From Malacoraja senta (Eukaryota), in assembly GCA_038087875.1 (NCBI GenBank), contig CM075993.1:4156001-4220000 (forward strand): a stretch of DNA of 64,000 nt, in the 5' to 3' direction. Below the pieces are notes generated by a model. That model made no database searches, was not told the origin of the DNA, and saw only the letters and a program-made list of their open reading frames with translations. Shown piece by piece: positions 36,916 through 50,975 of the stretch. The translations under genes were made by a program, and so were the position numbers. Positions within the stretch are counted from its first letter, which is position 1. Every line of letters begins with the position of its first letter.

Positions 36916-37225
36916 TCTATCTTGGATCCGACACCCGGTCTGTGCGACCCCTTTACAGCGCGGCGTTTTCTTTCTCGCTCGCAGTAAGAGCGGCGCGGAT
37001 GACGAGGAAAAGCAGAGAGCCCAGGGAGTCACACACGCCACGCCCCAGCCCACGCACTGCCCCTGCTGGGAGGAGATGGTAACAGTGGAGATCGAGGAGG
37101 AGATCGCTTCAGAAGAAGGTGAGAGTCACCATAGATTTATCTCCATTTGCCGCCGACCATATGGTGTTGAATTGCTGCAGCGTAGAAAGAGGCATTCTGG
37201 CACAAAACTGCTGTGAGGTGATCAC

Positions 37226-37758
37226 TCAGCAAACAGCTAACAATGGCCTGCGTCCCTTATCATCGTTACTTTTCCTCTCCGTCCTGGGCCTCCTCCATGG
37301 CCAGAGTGAGCACCACCGGAAATTGGAGGAGCAGCACCTCATATTCCGCTCGGGCAGTCTGCACCCTAGCGGCATAAACATTGAATTCTCCAATTTCCGG
37401 TAGCCCTTGCTGTCTCGTCCCCTTCTCAGCTCTCCTTCAGCCCATGGGCTCCTCCCTTTCTCCTTTCTTCTCCACGCCCCTCCCCCCCACCCTACATCAG
37501 TCAGCATCTATGGAGCGAAGGAAATAGGCAACGTTTCGGCCCGAAACCCTTTCGGGTTTCGTCCCGAAACGTTGCCTATTTCCTTCAGGGTTTCGTCCCG
37601 AAACGTTGCCTATTTCCTTCGCTCCATAGATGCTGCTGCACCCGCTGAGTTTCCAGCACTTACTGTATGTCTACCTTCGTTACTTTTCTGCATATCTTTC
37701 ACTCATTTGTTCTGTATCTCTACATCACCGTCTGTATCTCGAGTTTCCCTTTCCCCTT
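37226..37758 (+). mobile_element. Penelope-like element nested in another Penelope-like fragment
   Basis: LSVLGLLHGQSEHHRKLEEQHLIFRSGSLHPSGINIEFSNFR*; tcgttactttt repeated at ~37263 and ~37678; tandem/inverted hammerhead pieces 37531-37620. Confidence 0.8.
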
Positions 37759-38313
37759 CTGGGGCAAAGAATTCCACAGATTCACCACCCTCTGACTGAA
37801 GAAACTCCTCCTCATCTCCTTCCTAAAGGAACGTCCTTCAATTCTGCGGCCATGACCTCTGGTCCTGGACTCTCCCAACAGTGGACACACCCTATTCCAC
37901 ATCCACTCTATCCAAGGCTATCCAAGAATGGATAGTATGGAGGCGAGTCGTCGAATCTGCAGGCCAGTTGATGGAAATAATATAGATGGCAGAACAGGAC
38001 AGCACAGGAACGGGCCCTTCAGCCTACAGTCTCTACACCAAGCACAAAACATAGAAAATAGTTGCTGGAATAGGCCATTCGGCCCTTTTTCACACAGAGC
38101 GTTGTGAGTCTGTGAGTCGCTGCCTCAGAGGGCGGTGGAGGCCGGTTCTCTGGATACTTTCAAGAGAGAGCTAGATAGCAGAGTCAGAGGATATGGGGAG
38201 AAGGCAGGAACGGGGTACTGATTGGGGATGATCAGCCATGATCACATTGAATGGCGGTGCTGGCTCGAAGGGCCGAATGGCCTACTCCTGCACCTGTTGT
38301 CTATTGGCTATTG

Positions 38314-38860
38314 TCTAAACTAAATTAAGATAAACTAAGCTAAACCTAACCTAACCTAACCTAACCTAAGATAAACTAAACTAAAATAAGCTAAACTAAG
38401 CTAAGCTAACTGAGCTGAGCTGAGCTAAACTGAGCTAAACTGAGCTAAACTGAGCTAAACTGAGCTGAGCTGAGCTGAGCTGAGCTGAGCTGAGCTGGTG
38501 AGCTAAGGTGAGCTAAGCTGAGCTGAGGTGAGCTAAACTGAGCTAAACTGAGCTAAACTGAGCTAAACTGAGCTAAACTGAGCTAAACTGAGCTGAGGTG
38601 AGCTGAGATGAGCTGAGGTGAGCTGAGCTGAGCTAAACTGAGCTAAGCTGAGCTAAACTGAGCTGAGATGAGCAGAGGTGAGCTGAGCTGAGCTAAACTG
38701 AGCTAAACTGAGCTGAGGTGAGCTGAGCTGAGGTGAGCTGAGCTAAACTGAGCTAAGCTGAGCTGAGCTGAGGTGAGCTGAGCTGAGCTGAGCTAACCTA
38801 ACCTAACCTAACCTAAGCTAAGCTAACATAAGCTAAGCCAAATCAGACCAAACCAAATTA
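38314..38860. repeat. Pentanucleotide array (CTAAA/CTAAC/CTAAG/CTGAG)n
   Basis: Directly visible, abutting a CR1 tail (~38085-38316). Confidence 0.95.
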
Positions 38861-39211
38861 AACCCACAGCCTGTTGTGCAGAGAGACAGAGCCAAGATCA
38901 ATCAGAGTGAACGTAATACTTTGCAATGAATGGATGCTGCAATGGATTGGGGTGAAGTAGTGCACTTTTCTTCAGGAAGCAGCATGCACCTTGGGGAGTG
39001 TGTGCAGCTGTATTTTTTTAAAAATCTATCTCTACTCGTGTATAAGTATAGATACATTCTGAAGAAGGGTCTCGACACAAACGTCACCTATTCCTTTTCT
39101 CCAGAGATGCTGTCTGACCCACTGAATTACTCCAACTTTCTGTGTCAATCTTCGGTTTAAACCAGCATCTGCAGTTCCTTCCTACACATAGATATCCATC
39201 TATCGATACTT

Positions 39212-39560
39212 GTGTACATAATCATGAGAGGAATAGATCGGGTTGAGACGCACAGAGTCTCTTGTCCAGCGTTGGGGAATCGAGAACCAGAGGACATGGG
39301 TTTCAGGCGAGCGGGGAAAAGATTTAATAGGAATCTGAAGGGTAACTTTTCCACACAAAGGGTGGTGGGTGTAAGGAACGAGCTGCCGGAGGAGGTAGTT
39401 GAGGCTGGGACTATCGCAACGTTTAAGAAACAGTTAGACAGGTACTGTACATGGATAGGACATGTTTGGTGGGATATGGGCCAAATGCAGGCAGGTGGGA
39501 CTTGTGTAGCTGGGCCATGTTGGCCGGTGTGGGCAAGTTGGGCCGAAGGGCCTGTTTCCA
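39212..39560 (+). mobile_element. CR1/HER1-type LINE 3' fragment (SINE-partner tail)
   Basis: YIIMRGIDRV...TQRVVGVRNELPEEVVEAGT; ends gggccgaagggcctgtttcc, identical to the V-SINE tail. Confidence 0.85.
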
Positions 39561-39689
39561 TCGATAGATATGTATCTATGTTTGTGAACATAATCTTGAG
39601 AGAAGTAGTTCGAACCCGTGTCTCTGGCGCTGTGAGGCAACAACTTTCCCGCTGCACCTCTGACTGTTTCAATGCTGTAAGACTGTAAA

Positions 39690-40158
39690 GGGGCCTGTCC
39701 CACTTGCATGCGATTGCGTGCGTTTGGCGCGACCAACCGGAAGCGGAGGTTTGCACGAAGTTCGCGCTCAGTTCGCGCGTGACGTCATTTACGTCATGCT
39801 TATCAATCAGCTGGGCAGGAGGCGGGCCGACTGAATTTGGGCGTCGCGCGGCGACGTCATCATGCAACGCCACGCCGGGCGGTGACGTCATCACACAACG
39901 CCACGCGCTAGGCGTACGCCGTCTAGACGCTGCGTACGACCTCAATGCGCCTGCGTGCGTACGCGGGCCGACAGGCCATTGGCGCGCGAAGATTTCGGTC
40001 ACTGCAAGAATTTCTGAGCCCCGGCCCCGCACAACTCCATACCCCTCCTGGCTTCTAAGTGGGACCGGCCCCGCGCGGCCATACGGTGCCCGTACGCCTT
40101 AAGCGACAACGAGGTCGCGTAATTTGCGAGCCAAGGTCGCATAAGTGGGACAGGCCCT
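39690..40158. mobile_element. CpG-rich Harbinger-like MITE
   Basis: gggcctgtcccactt..atgcga / tcgcataagtgggacaggccc; taa / tta flanks. Confidence 0.85.
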
Positions 40159-40547
40159 TTAGACTCTATGACTGTACGAAGCGCCCCCCCCCCCCCCCCC
40201 CCACCCACCTCGATGGTCTTAAGCCAGAGAAATCCGTTCATTCTGTCAGACTTAACATCAAGGGTTGTGGAGCGGCCCTGCCACCTCTCCCTGATGCATC
40301 ATTGATGTGTATCGATCGGCTGGCCTGCATGGTGGGCCACTGTTGACGGCTTGGCCCACTGCCTGATTGGTTTGTCAGAGCAAGCAGTGCAGGATCTGTG
40401 GCTTGCCTAATTAGCCTTGAGACCTCGCATTCAACCCGGTAAGCAGCAAACTCTGACTGGAATTTATATGCAGCGACGACACACGCTTGCATTGAGGTGT
40501 CGTGCCTGTTCCTTGCTGCCAGATCTTATGCTGTTCATTATCCCTCC

Positions 40548-40640
40548 ATTTTAGTTTAGTTTGGGGATGCAGCGCGGAAACAGGCCCTTCGGCCCACCGG
40601 GTCCGCGCCGACCAGCGATCCCCGCACATTGACACAATCC

Positions 40641-40713
<73 letters not shown>

Positions 40714-40786
40714 TCACTCACACACACACACACACTCACTCACTCACTCACTCACTCACTCACACACACACACACTCACACTCACA

Positions 40787-40827
<41 letters not shown>

Positions 40828-40874
40828 ACTCACACTCACACTCACACACTCGCTCACTCGCTCGCTCGCTCGCT

Positions 40875-40922
<48 letters not shown>

Positions 40923-41002
40923 CACACACTCACACTCACACTCACACTCACTCTCACTCTCACTCACACTCACACTCACTCTCACTCTCACTCACACTCA
41001 CA

Positions 41003-41043
<41 letters not shown>

Positions 41044-41640
41044 ACTCACACTCACACTCACACTCACACTCACACCCACACTCACACTCACACTCACACT
41101 CACACTCACACTCACACTCACACTCACACTCACGCTCACACTCACACTCACACTCACACTCACACACACACACACCAGGGACAATTTACATTTATACCAA
41201 GCCAATTAACCTACAAACCTGTGTAAGAAGGAACTGCAGATGCTGGATAAAATCGAAGGTAGACACAAAATGCTGGAGTAACTCAGCGGGTGAGGCAGCA
41301 TCTATGGAGAGAAGGAATGGGTGACGTTTCGGGTCTCGACACAAGATGCTGGAGTAACTCAGCGGGTGAGGCAGCATCTATGGGGAGAACGAATTCCTTC
41401 TCTCCATAGATGGTGTCTCACCCGCTGAGTTACTCCAGCATTTTGTGTCTGTCTACCTTACCTACAAACCTGTTTGTCTTTGGAGTGTGGGAGGAAACCG
41501 AAGATCTCGGGGAAAACCCGCGCAGGTCACGGGGAGAACGTGCGAACTCCGTACAGGCAGCACCTGTAGTCGGGATCGAACCCGGGTCTCCGGCGCTGTG
41601 AGCAAGCGCTGTAAGGCAGCAACTCTACCGCTGCTCCGCC
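40548..41640 (-). mobile_element. V-SINE expanded by an internal microsatellite (40642-41174) and a Penelope-derived palindrome (~41222-41456)
   Basis: SINE consensus resumes on both sides; acctacaaacct repeated at ~41210 and ~41460. Confidence 0.8.
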
Positions 41641-42616
41641 CGGGATCGCTCTCAATCCATTTCTGTCATAGGAGCAGAATTAGGCCATTCGGCCCATCAA
41701 GTTCACCCCGCCTTCAATAATGGCTGATCTATCGTTCCCTCACAACCCCATTCCCCTGCCTTCTCCCCATAACCCCTGACACCCGCACTAATCGTGAATC
41801 TATCCATCTCCGCCTTATAAATATCCATCTCTGCCTTAAAAACAATCCCTGTGACGTGGCCTTCACTGCCTTCTGTGGCAATGAATTCCGCAGATTCACC
41901 ACCCTCTGACTAAAGAAATTCCGGCTGAAGAAGGGTTTCGGCCCGAAACGTTGCCTATTTCCTTCGCTCCATAGATGCTGCCGCACCCGCTGAGTTTCTC
42001 CAGCATTTTTGTCTACCTTCCATCTCATCTCCTTCCCAAAGGAACGTCCTTTTATTCTGTCCACATTGGTGACCCTTGATCGGACTTTGCTGGCTTTACC
42101 TTGTACTAAATGTTAATCCCTTATTCATGTATCTATACACTGTAAATGGCTCGATTGTAATCATGTATTGTCTTTCCGCTGACTGGTTAGCACGCAATAA
42201 AAGCTGCAACACTGTACCTGCACGTGACAATAAACTAAATTAAACTAAATTAAGACATAGGTTTAAATTGCGAGGGGAAAGATTTAATCGGAAACCTAAG
42301 GGGCAGCTTCTTCATTCAGAGAGCGGAGGCTACATAAAACAAGCTGCCAAAGGAAGTATTTGAGGCCGGAACTGTAGCAGTAGTTAAAAGACACTAGGAC
42401 AGGTACATCATGGATAGGAAAGGTTTAGAGAGATATGGGCTAAACATAGGTAGGTGGGACTAGTGTAGATGGGGCATCTTGGTCAGTATGGCCGAGTTGG
42501 GCCGAAGGGCCTGTCTCTGTGCTGTATGACTCTTGGACATTGTAGACTGAAGGGCTTTTTCCTGTGCTGTGCTGTAGTAAGATTGCTGATTTAATCCACT
42601 TGTAGCGATTACGTAC

Positions 42617-43305
42617 GATAGACACAACATGCTGGAGTAACTCAGCGGGACAGGCAGCATCTCTGGAGAGAAGCACGCAGGTACAGCAGGCAGTGAAGAA
42701 AGCAAATGGCATGTTGGCCTTTATAACAAGAGGTGTCGAGTATAGGAGCAAAGAGGTCCTTCTGCAGTTGTACAGTGCCCTAGTGAGACCACACCTGGTG
42801 TATTGTGTGCAGTTTTGGTCCCCTAATTTGAGGAAAGACATTCTTGCTATTGAGGGAGTGCAGCGTAGGTTTACAAGGTTAATTCCCGGGATGGCGGGAT
42901 TGTCATATGCTGAGAGAATGGAGCGGCTGGGCTTGTACCCTCTGGAGTTTAGAATGATGAGAGGGGATCTTATTGAAACATATGAAATTGTTAAGGGTTT
43001 GGACACGCTAGAGGCAGGAAACATGTTCCCGATGTTGGGGCAGAAATGGGGTACTGATTGTGGATGATCAGCCATGATCACATTGAATGGCGGTGCTGGC
43101 TCGAAGGGCCGAATGGCCTACTCCTGCACCTATTGTCTATTGTCTAGGGAGTGGGTGACGGTTCGGGTTGAGACCGAGGGAAGGGTCTCGCCCTGAAACG
43201 TTACCCATTCCTTCTCTCCAGAGACGCTGCCTGTCCCGCTGAGTTACCCCAGCATGTTGTGTCTATCTTCTGTTTAAACCAGCACCTGCAGTTCCTTCCT
43301 ACACA
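42617..43305. mobile_element. Fold-back Penelope-derived insertion interrupted by a CR1 LINE (42674-43146, plus)
   Basis: Inverted arms; TSD tgtagcgat(t/a)ac at 42601 and 43306; CR1 ORF 42693-43067. Confidence 0.85.
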
Positions 43306-43845
43306 TGTAGCGATAACTTGTTTGCTGGCACTGTGTATCAGACAGTCCCGGCTTCCTCTCGGCTCTGAGATTTACTGAGCTGCGAAAGACCCCAGCTTAA
43401 GGGGGGAGGGTGGGGGGGGAATACATCAGTGGGATGCCCTGCCCCACACTCCCATTATCATCGTGCATTATGCCTCGCTTGCACGGAGCACTTAATGGCT
43501 GACACTTGATTGCAGCAATACATTGATTGCAGCATAAATTCATTTATTCATGTGAACATGCTTCGATTTGTGAAGAGGGGAGGTGGTTTTGTGTTCTGCC
43601 AGCTAATTAGGAGAGGAGAGAAGGTGAAAGTGGCAGCGTGATTACAGGCTGCTCGGAGATGGGAAAGCACAGCATCTGGGTTTTAATGAGGGCTGGAGTG
43701 AGACTGGGAGGTGACTGCACCGGCACACACGCAGCTTGGCGATGGAGAGACTGTCACACTCTCTGCCGCAGCCTCTATCCCTGGCCGTTTCAGACTAACA
43801 AATGCAAGGGTATTAAAGGCAAAGTTGGCAGAGTCCACACACTGT

Positions 43846-44428
43846 CAATAGACAATAGACAATAGGTGCAGGAGTAGACTATTCAGCCTTCGAGCCAGCA
43901 CCGCCATTCAATGTGATCATGGCTGATCATCCCCAATCAGTACCCCATTCCTGCCTTCTCCCCATATCCTCTGACTCCACTATCATTAAGAGCCCTATCT
44001 AGCTCCCTCTGAAAGTATCCAGAGAACCTGCCTCCACCGCCCTCTGGCAGAGAATTCAACAGACTCATAACTCTCTGTGAGAAAAGGTGTTTCCTCGTCT
44101 CCGTTCTAAATGGCTTACCCCTTATTCTTAAACTGTGTGGCCCCTGGTTCTGGACTCCCCCAACATCGGGAACATGTTTCCTGCCTCTAGCGTGTCCAAG
44201 CCCTTAACAATCTTATATGTTTCAATGAGATTCCCTCTCATCCTTCTAAACTCCAGAGTGTACAAGCCCAGCCGCTCCATTCTCTCAGCATATGACAGTC
44301 CCGCCATCCCGGGAATTAACCTTGTAAACCTACGCTGCACTCCTCAATAGCAAGAATGTCCCTCCTCAAATTAGGGGACCAAAACTGCACACAATACTCC
44401 AGGTGTGGTCTCACTAGGGCCCTGTACA
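43846..44428 (-). mobile_element. CR1/HER1-type LINE 3' fragment
   Basis: ORF 44128-44340; same subfamily as 6585-7056. Confidence 0.9.
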
Positions 44429-44474
44429 CTAGCCACTAGCACCTCCCTGCTTCATAAACAGTTGTGATGCTCAT

Positions 44475-46560
44475 AAGGTCATTAGGAATTGGAGTAGAAT
44501 TAGGCCATTCGGCCCATCATGTCTACTCTGCCATTCAATCATGGCTGATCTATCTCTCCTTCCTAACCCTATTCTCCCGCCTTCTCCCCATAACTTCTGA
44601 CACCCTTGCACTAATCAAAAACCTATCTATCTCTGCCTTAAAAATATCCACTGACGGCCTCCACAGCCTTCTTAGGCAAAGAATTCCACAGATTCACAAC
44701 CGTCTGACTAAAGAAATTTCCCCTCATCTCCTTCAAAGAACGTCCTTTAATTCTGAGGCTATGACCTCTAGTTCTAGACTCTCCCACTAGCGGAAACATC
44801 CTCTCCACGTCCACTCCAGTAAGACCGTCCCCATCCCCTCCAGAACTTTGGTTCCCTCCCCGCACTCCAAAGACGTACAGGTTTGTCGGTTAATTGGCTT
44901 GGTGTAAGTGTAAACTGTCCCTAGTGTGTGTGTAGGATAGTGTTAAGGTGCGGGGATCGCTGGTCGGTGCAGACTCGGTGGGCCGAAGGGGCCTGTTTCC
45001 GTGCTGCATCTCCAAACTAAACCAGGAGGGTCTCGACCCGAAACGTCACCCGTTCCTCCTATCCAAAGATGCTTCCCGTCCCGCTGAGTTACTTTTTGTG
45101 TCTATCCTCGGTTTCAACTAAACATGGGCGAAGAATAAGCAATAGGCAGTACTCCAAGTGGGTCCTGTCAAGCCAACAGCAGATTGGCAAGCAATCTGTG
45201 TGGAGTCAGCTCATCATGTTTGAATACATTTCCCAGTTAATCTCCTTCCCAGGTAGACCAGCTGTTTCCTAATTCTCGCTTTTCGGCATGGCTGCCTCTG
45301 ACGATGAGTTAATTGGTGTTTTCTTCTCCTCATCCTGCTCACTCCTGTGGCTCCCAACCAGCAACTGGAGTATTGGGGAGGGAGGGAGGGAGGGGGGAGA
45401 ATATCGGTGCAGGCGGGGGCGGTGTTGAGCAGGTGGTCTACTACTTAATTTAGTTTAGTTTAGAGATTCTGCGTGGAAACAGGCCCTTCGGCCCACCGAG
45501 TCCGTGCCGACCAGCGATCCCCACACACTCACACTACCCTACCACGCACTTGGGACAATTTACAATTTTACCCGAGCCAATTAGCCTACAGACCTGCACG
45601 TCTTTGGAGTGTGGAAGGAAACTGGAGCTCCCGGAGAAAAAGTCATGGGGAGAACGTGCAAACTCCGTACAGACAGCACCCGTAGTCAGGATCGAACCCG
45701 GGTCCCTGCCGCTGTGAGGCAGCGACTCTGCCGCTGCGCCACCATGCCGACCCAATCTTGGCACATTCCCAGTCTTTAGACTTTTAATCTTTAGAGATAT
45801 AGTATGGAAACAGGCCCTTCAGCCTATCAAGTCTGTGCCGACCAGCGATCACTCCTACACTATCCTACACACTCGGGGACAATTTACAATTTTACAGAAG
45901 CCAATTAGCCTTCAAACCTGTACGTCTTCAGAGTGTGGGAGGAAACCGATTTGTTTAAGATCAACTGTGGCGCCGTTGCCTCACAGCTTCAGAGACTCAG
46001 TTTTAATCCTGACCTCGGGTGCTGTCCGTGTGGAGTTTGCATGTTCTCCCTGTGAGCACTGGGGTTTCCTCTGGTTTTGAATTGAAAAAGCTTGTGATTG
46101 AATTGAATGATTGAAAGATAGGGCATGGAAATTGGCCCACCGAGTCCTCCGGTTCATCCCAAAGGCGCGCAGCTTTGTAGGATAACTGGCCTCCGTAAAT
46201 TGCCCCTAGTGTGTAGGGAGTGGATGCGAAAGGGGAATTTCCTTAGCCAGAGGGTGGAGCTTTAGTGATTCATTGCCACAGGCGGTCGTGGAGGCCGTCT
46301 TTGGGTATTTTTAAAATGGAGATTCGTGGTCAGTGCGGGTGTCAAAGGTTATGGAGAAAAGACAAGAGAATGGGGTTTAAAGGGAAAGATAGATCAGCCA
46401 TAATTGAATTGCAGAATAGACTCGATGGGCTGAATGGCCTAATTCTGCTCCTATGTCTTATGAACATGAAAGTGGAACTGAGAGTGAATGGGTGATGAAT
46501 GGTCAACGTGGACTTGGTGGGCTGAAGGGCCTGTTCCCTTGCTGTATCTTTCAATCAATC
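44475..46560. mobile_element. Cluster of CR1 fragments and V-SINEs (full minus SINE ~45448-45746)
   Basis: Consensus matches in both orientations. Confidence 0.7.
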
Positions 46561-46699
46561 AATTCAATCAAAAAACTTTTTCAATTCAGAACAGCGATGT
46601 TCATTGCTATTTTTCATTGTGGCTTGGAATGACTAACCGATGATCACCTTTAACCTCAAGACAAAATGAAGGCTTTTGGCACACTTCCCAATCCATTTG

Positions 46700-47090
46700 C
46701 ATGTTTGGCTCTGGAAGGTTTGTTGGGTTCACGGGAGGTTGGTCTTGGAGGGGAGGATGCTCCTCAAACTGCGGAGCATCCTGGACAATACAGCTCACAC
46801 CCCTCCGTGACACACTGGTCAACCTGAGGAGCACCTTCAGCAACAGACTGGTTCCACCAAGATGCAGGACAGAACGCCACAGGAGATCCTTCTTCTCTGT
46901 GGCTATCACACTGTACAACTCCTCCCCCTTCTGTCGTGAGACTGACTACCCCCCCCCCCCAAACTAATCTTTGCACATCCCCAATCCTTTCCACTGATCA
47001 CTTTAATTTCATGTATCTTGTGTTTTTATGACTGTCGGCAGATCAATTTCCCTCCTGGGATAAATAACGTTCTATCGTATTGTATCGTAG
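46700..47090 (+). mobile_element. Rex-Babar-type LINE 3' end
   Basis: STFSNRLVPPRCRTERHRRSFFSVAITLYN; tail gggataaataacgttctatcgtattgtatcgt. Confidence 0.7.
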
Positions 47091-47457
47091 AGGATAAATG
47101 GTGTAAATCATCCATTTACCCTGATTCCTGCCATCCTCACTGACTTTCCAACTGAGCAATGCTTCAGTCCCCAAGGATGCCCATTGGTAGCAGAGTGACT
47201 GTATCCAGGTCCCCTGCAGCTCAGGCAGAATTGGGACAACACCCAAATTTGGAGACGTTCCCTCTTAACAGCTTCAAACCGAGCCACAGATGAAACATTC
47301 CCTCTTCAATGGGAAATTCAGAACAAACAGGGATTTCACTCAAAGGACCTTCTGAGTCTCTGAACTCTTCTATATGTTAATTTTTCAATTATTTATTCCA
47401 CATTTTGCCTTTTTATCACACAATTTTATCTACAAAGACACCAGAAGGTTATGGGTT

Positions 47458-48144
<687 letters not shown>

Positions 48145-48357
48145 GATGTACATATACACAAACAGAAGGCTGTGGAGGCAAAGTCAATGGATATTTTTAA
48201 AGCAGAGTTAGATTCTTGATTAGTCCGGGTGTCAGGGGTTATGGGGAGTAGGCAGGTGAATGGTGTTAAGAGGGAAAGATAGATCAGCCATGATTGAATG
48301 GCGGAATAGACTTGATGGGCCAAATGGCCTAATTCTGCTCCAATCACTTAAGAACAT

Positions 48358-48765
48358 ATCATCAGCATCGGCGGTCTCTCAAAACGAGTATGACTGTCCT
48401 CTCCTTATTTGGAGGACGCCTGTGCGTGACTTTGTTTAACGTGGGGAGACTGGTGCACAGACAGCCACCACACGGTTCTTGACAGATCTGGGTCAGGATC
48501 CAGTGGCATGGAGTCCAAGACGACCGGAGACCCTTTTCTGCTGCAGCCTTCATCCGCCTTCCCAGCCGTTGTGACGCTCCACTAAAGTCAGCCATCATCC
48601 TCCGCCTGTTCCACCTGTTGAGGTCTTGGTTGGATTGCTCTTTGTCAGGGACCTCCCCTCGACCTCCCGCCATGGGTGGCCCTACCAGGAGCATCGCTCC
48701 AGACGGCATCGCTCTCAGGATCTCGGGACCACACAAGCTTCTCCACCACGACAAGGTGACAATCC
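48358..48765 (-). mobile_element. Bipartite non-autonomous RTE-clade element
   Basis: Minus 5' end caccttgtcgtggtgg...gagcgatgccg...tagggccacccatggc...tgacaaa resembles RTE/BovB/Expander 5' ends as recalled; short 3' end ...gagaccgccgatgctgatgat; no RT ORF. Confidence 0.7.
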
Positions 48766-49194
48766 ACACACACACAAACCACGAACGATGAGATCACATA
48801 CCACTTACAGCATCCAAAACATCTTTATTTTTATTTAATCTTCTAAATCCAATTACTATTTAAAAGCCATTCTGGACTCATAAGTTTAAACAAGGATACT
48901 GCATTTCCCTGTACAACCTGCTCTTGGGTGTTTCATGATGCCACTGTTAAATTTATACCATCTGCTTTCCATTTTCTGAACAGCAGGAACAATTTTTGAG
49001 GAGTCATCAAAACTCTAGGGCCTAAAATCTTATCAAGTGGCACACTGGTTTTGTGATGAAATTTCTTAAGAATTGATTGGGTACTTGTGGGCACCTACAC
49101 ATAATTACAGTGCAGGCTAAAGGTGCAGGGCTCACACAGCCTTAAACAACTGCTCACCGTTATTTAAAGGACTCAATTGTTCCCGAATCACCTC

Positions 49195-49715
49195 TAGGTG
49201 CAAATTGGAGGAACAGCATCTCATATTTTTGCTTGGGCAGCTTCCAACCCAGTGGTATGAATATTGATTTCCCAAACTTCAAGTAACCCCTGCATTCCCT
49301 CTCTCTCCGTCCCTCCCCCACCCAAGTCGCACCAGCTTCTCGTTCTCACCTAGCAAACAGCTAATAATGGCTTGTTACCTTTTTTGCATATCTTTCATTC
49401 ATTTGTTCTATATCTCTCTATATCGCCGTCTATATTTGTCTGTAGAATTCTCTGCCTCAGAGGGCGGTGGAGGCAGGTTCTCTGGATACTTTCAAGAGAG
49501 AGCTAGATAGTGCTCTTAAAGATAGCGGAGTCAGGGGATATGGGGAGAGGCAGGAACGGGGTACTGATTGGGGATGATCAGCCATGATCACATTGAATGG
49601 CCGTGCTGGCTCAAAGGGCCGAATGGCCTACTCCTGCACCTATTGTCTATTGTCTATTGTCTATTATATATCTCATTTCCCTTTTCGCTGACTGTCAGTC
49701 TGAAGAAGGGTCTGT
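49195..49715 (+). mobile_element. Penelope-like fragment interrupted by a CR1 3' end (~49438-49665)
   Basis: CKLEEQHLIFLLGQ-like C-terminus; module resumes at tatatctcatttccc. Confidence 0.75.
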
Positions 49716-50638
49716 ATGGACAAGGTTTCCGCCCACATCCCAAAACCGTGCAGGTTTGTAGGTGAATTGGCTTCTGTAAATTGTGCCCAGTGTCGAGGAT
49801 AGTGTGTGAGCGACTGTGGTCGGTGTGGACTCGGTGGGCCGAAGGGCCTGTTTCCGTGCTGAATGACTCTGATGATGACTCTATCTCTCTGCAGTGGTGA
49901 TCCTGAGCATTGCAGACAGCAGAAGCAAGGAGTTGTTGGCAAGCTACTGCCTCCCTGTCTCCTACCTGCAGATGTTTCACCATTACCACCTCGAGTTGAT
50001 ACAGGTGAGTGAGGAGGAGCCACGGGGAGACCCGGCCAGGTACTAACCCCCAGACAGAATTAGTCAACACAGAAGACCTGATCCTTCCCTAGCTCGCGAC
50101 TCGTGGATCTTGCATGGTTTAGTGTAGAGATACTGGATCGAACCCGGCTCCCTGGCGTTGTAAGGCAGCAGCTCTACCGCTGAGCCACTGTGCCAGCCCC
50201 GCTGAGTTACTCCAGCACTTTTGTAAACCAGCACCTGCAGTTCCTTTCATCCATATCTACAAAGTCTGCCTTTCCCCTTAAATGCATTCATGTGGATAAT
50301 CCTCACGGTGATCCCAATGAAGACACGATGGTTTAAATTTCCTTTGAGACTCATCCATCCTGTATTGTCTCTGTGGGGCCGCCCTGTTATAGCCGGTGGA
50401 GGGATCAATTCCCCTGTTTATAGGCATGTGAACGATGTTGACCTTTCTGCCTGTGTTTGTCTCTTTCCTCCCTCTCCTCCCCACCCCCCCCCATCCCCAC
50501 CTCCCCCGACTCCCAGCCACACTCCAGCATCCCATCTGGCGTTCGATTATATGTCACCGTCGTTCGAAAGGGCAGCGTCATTCCGCGACAGGAAGGCTTC
50601 GCTTTCACCGGCTTCGAGGTAGGCCGAGAAAAATGCGT

Positions 50639-50975
50639 CCAGACCAGACCAGACCAGACCAGACCAGACCAGACCAGACTAGACTAGACTAGACTAGACT
50701 AGACTAGACTAGACTAGACTAGACTAGACCAGACCAGACTAGACTAGACTAGACTAGACTAGACTGGACCTGACCAGACTAAACCAAACAAAACAAAACC
50801 AAACCAGACCAGACCAGACCAGACCAGAGCAGACCAGACCAGACTAGACTAGACTAGACTAGAGTAGACTAGACTGGACTGGACTGGACCAGACCGGACT
50901 AAACCAGACCAGACCAGACCAGACCAGCCCAGACCAGACCAGACCAGACCAGACCAGACTAGACTAGACTAAACT
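50639..50975. repeat. Pentanucleotide array (AGACC/AGACT/AAACC)n
   Basis: Directly visible. Confidence 0.95.
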
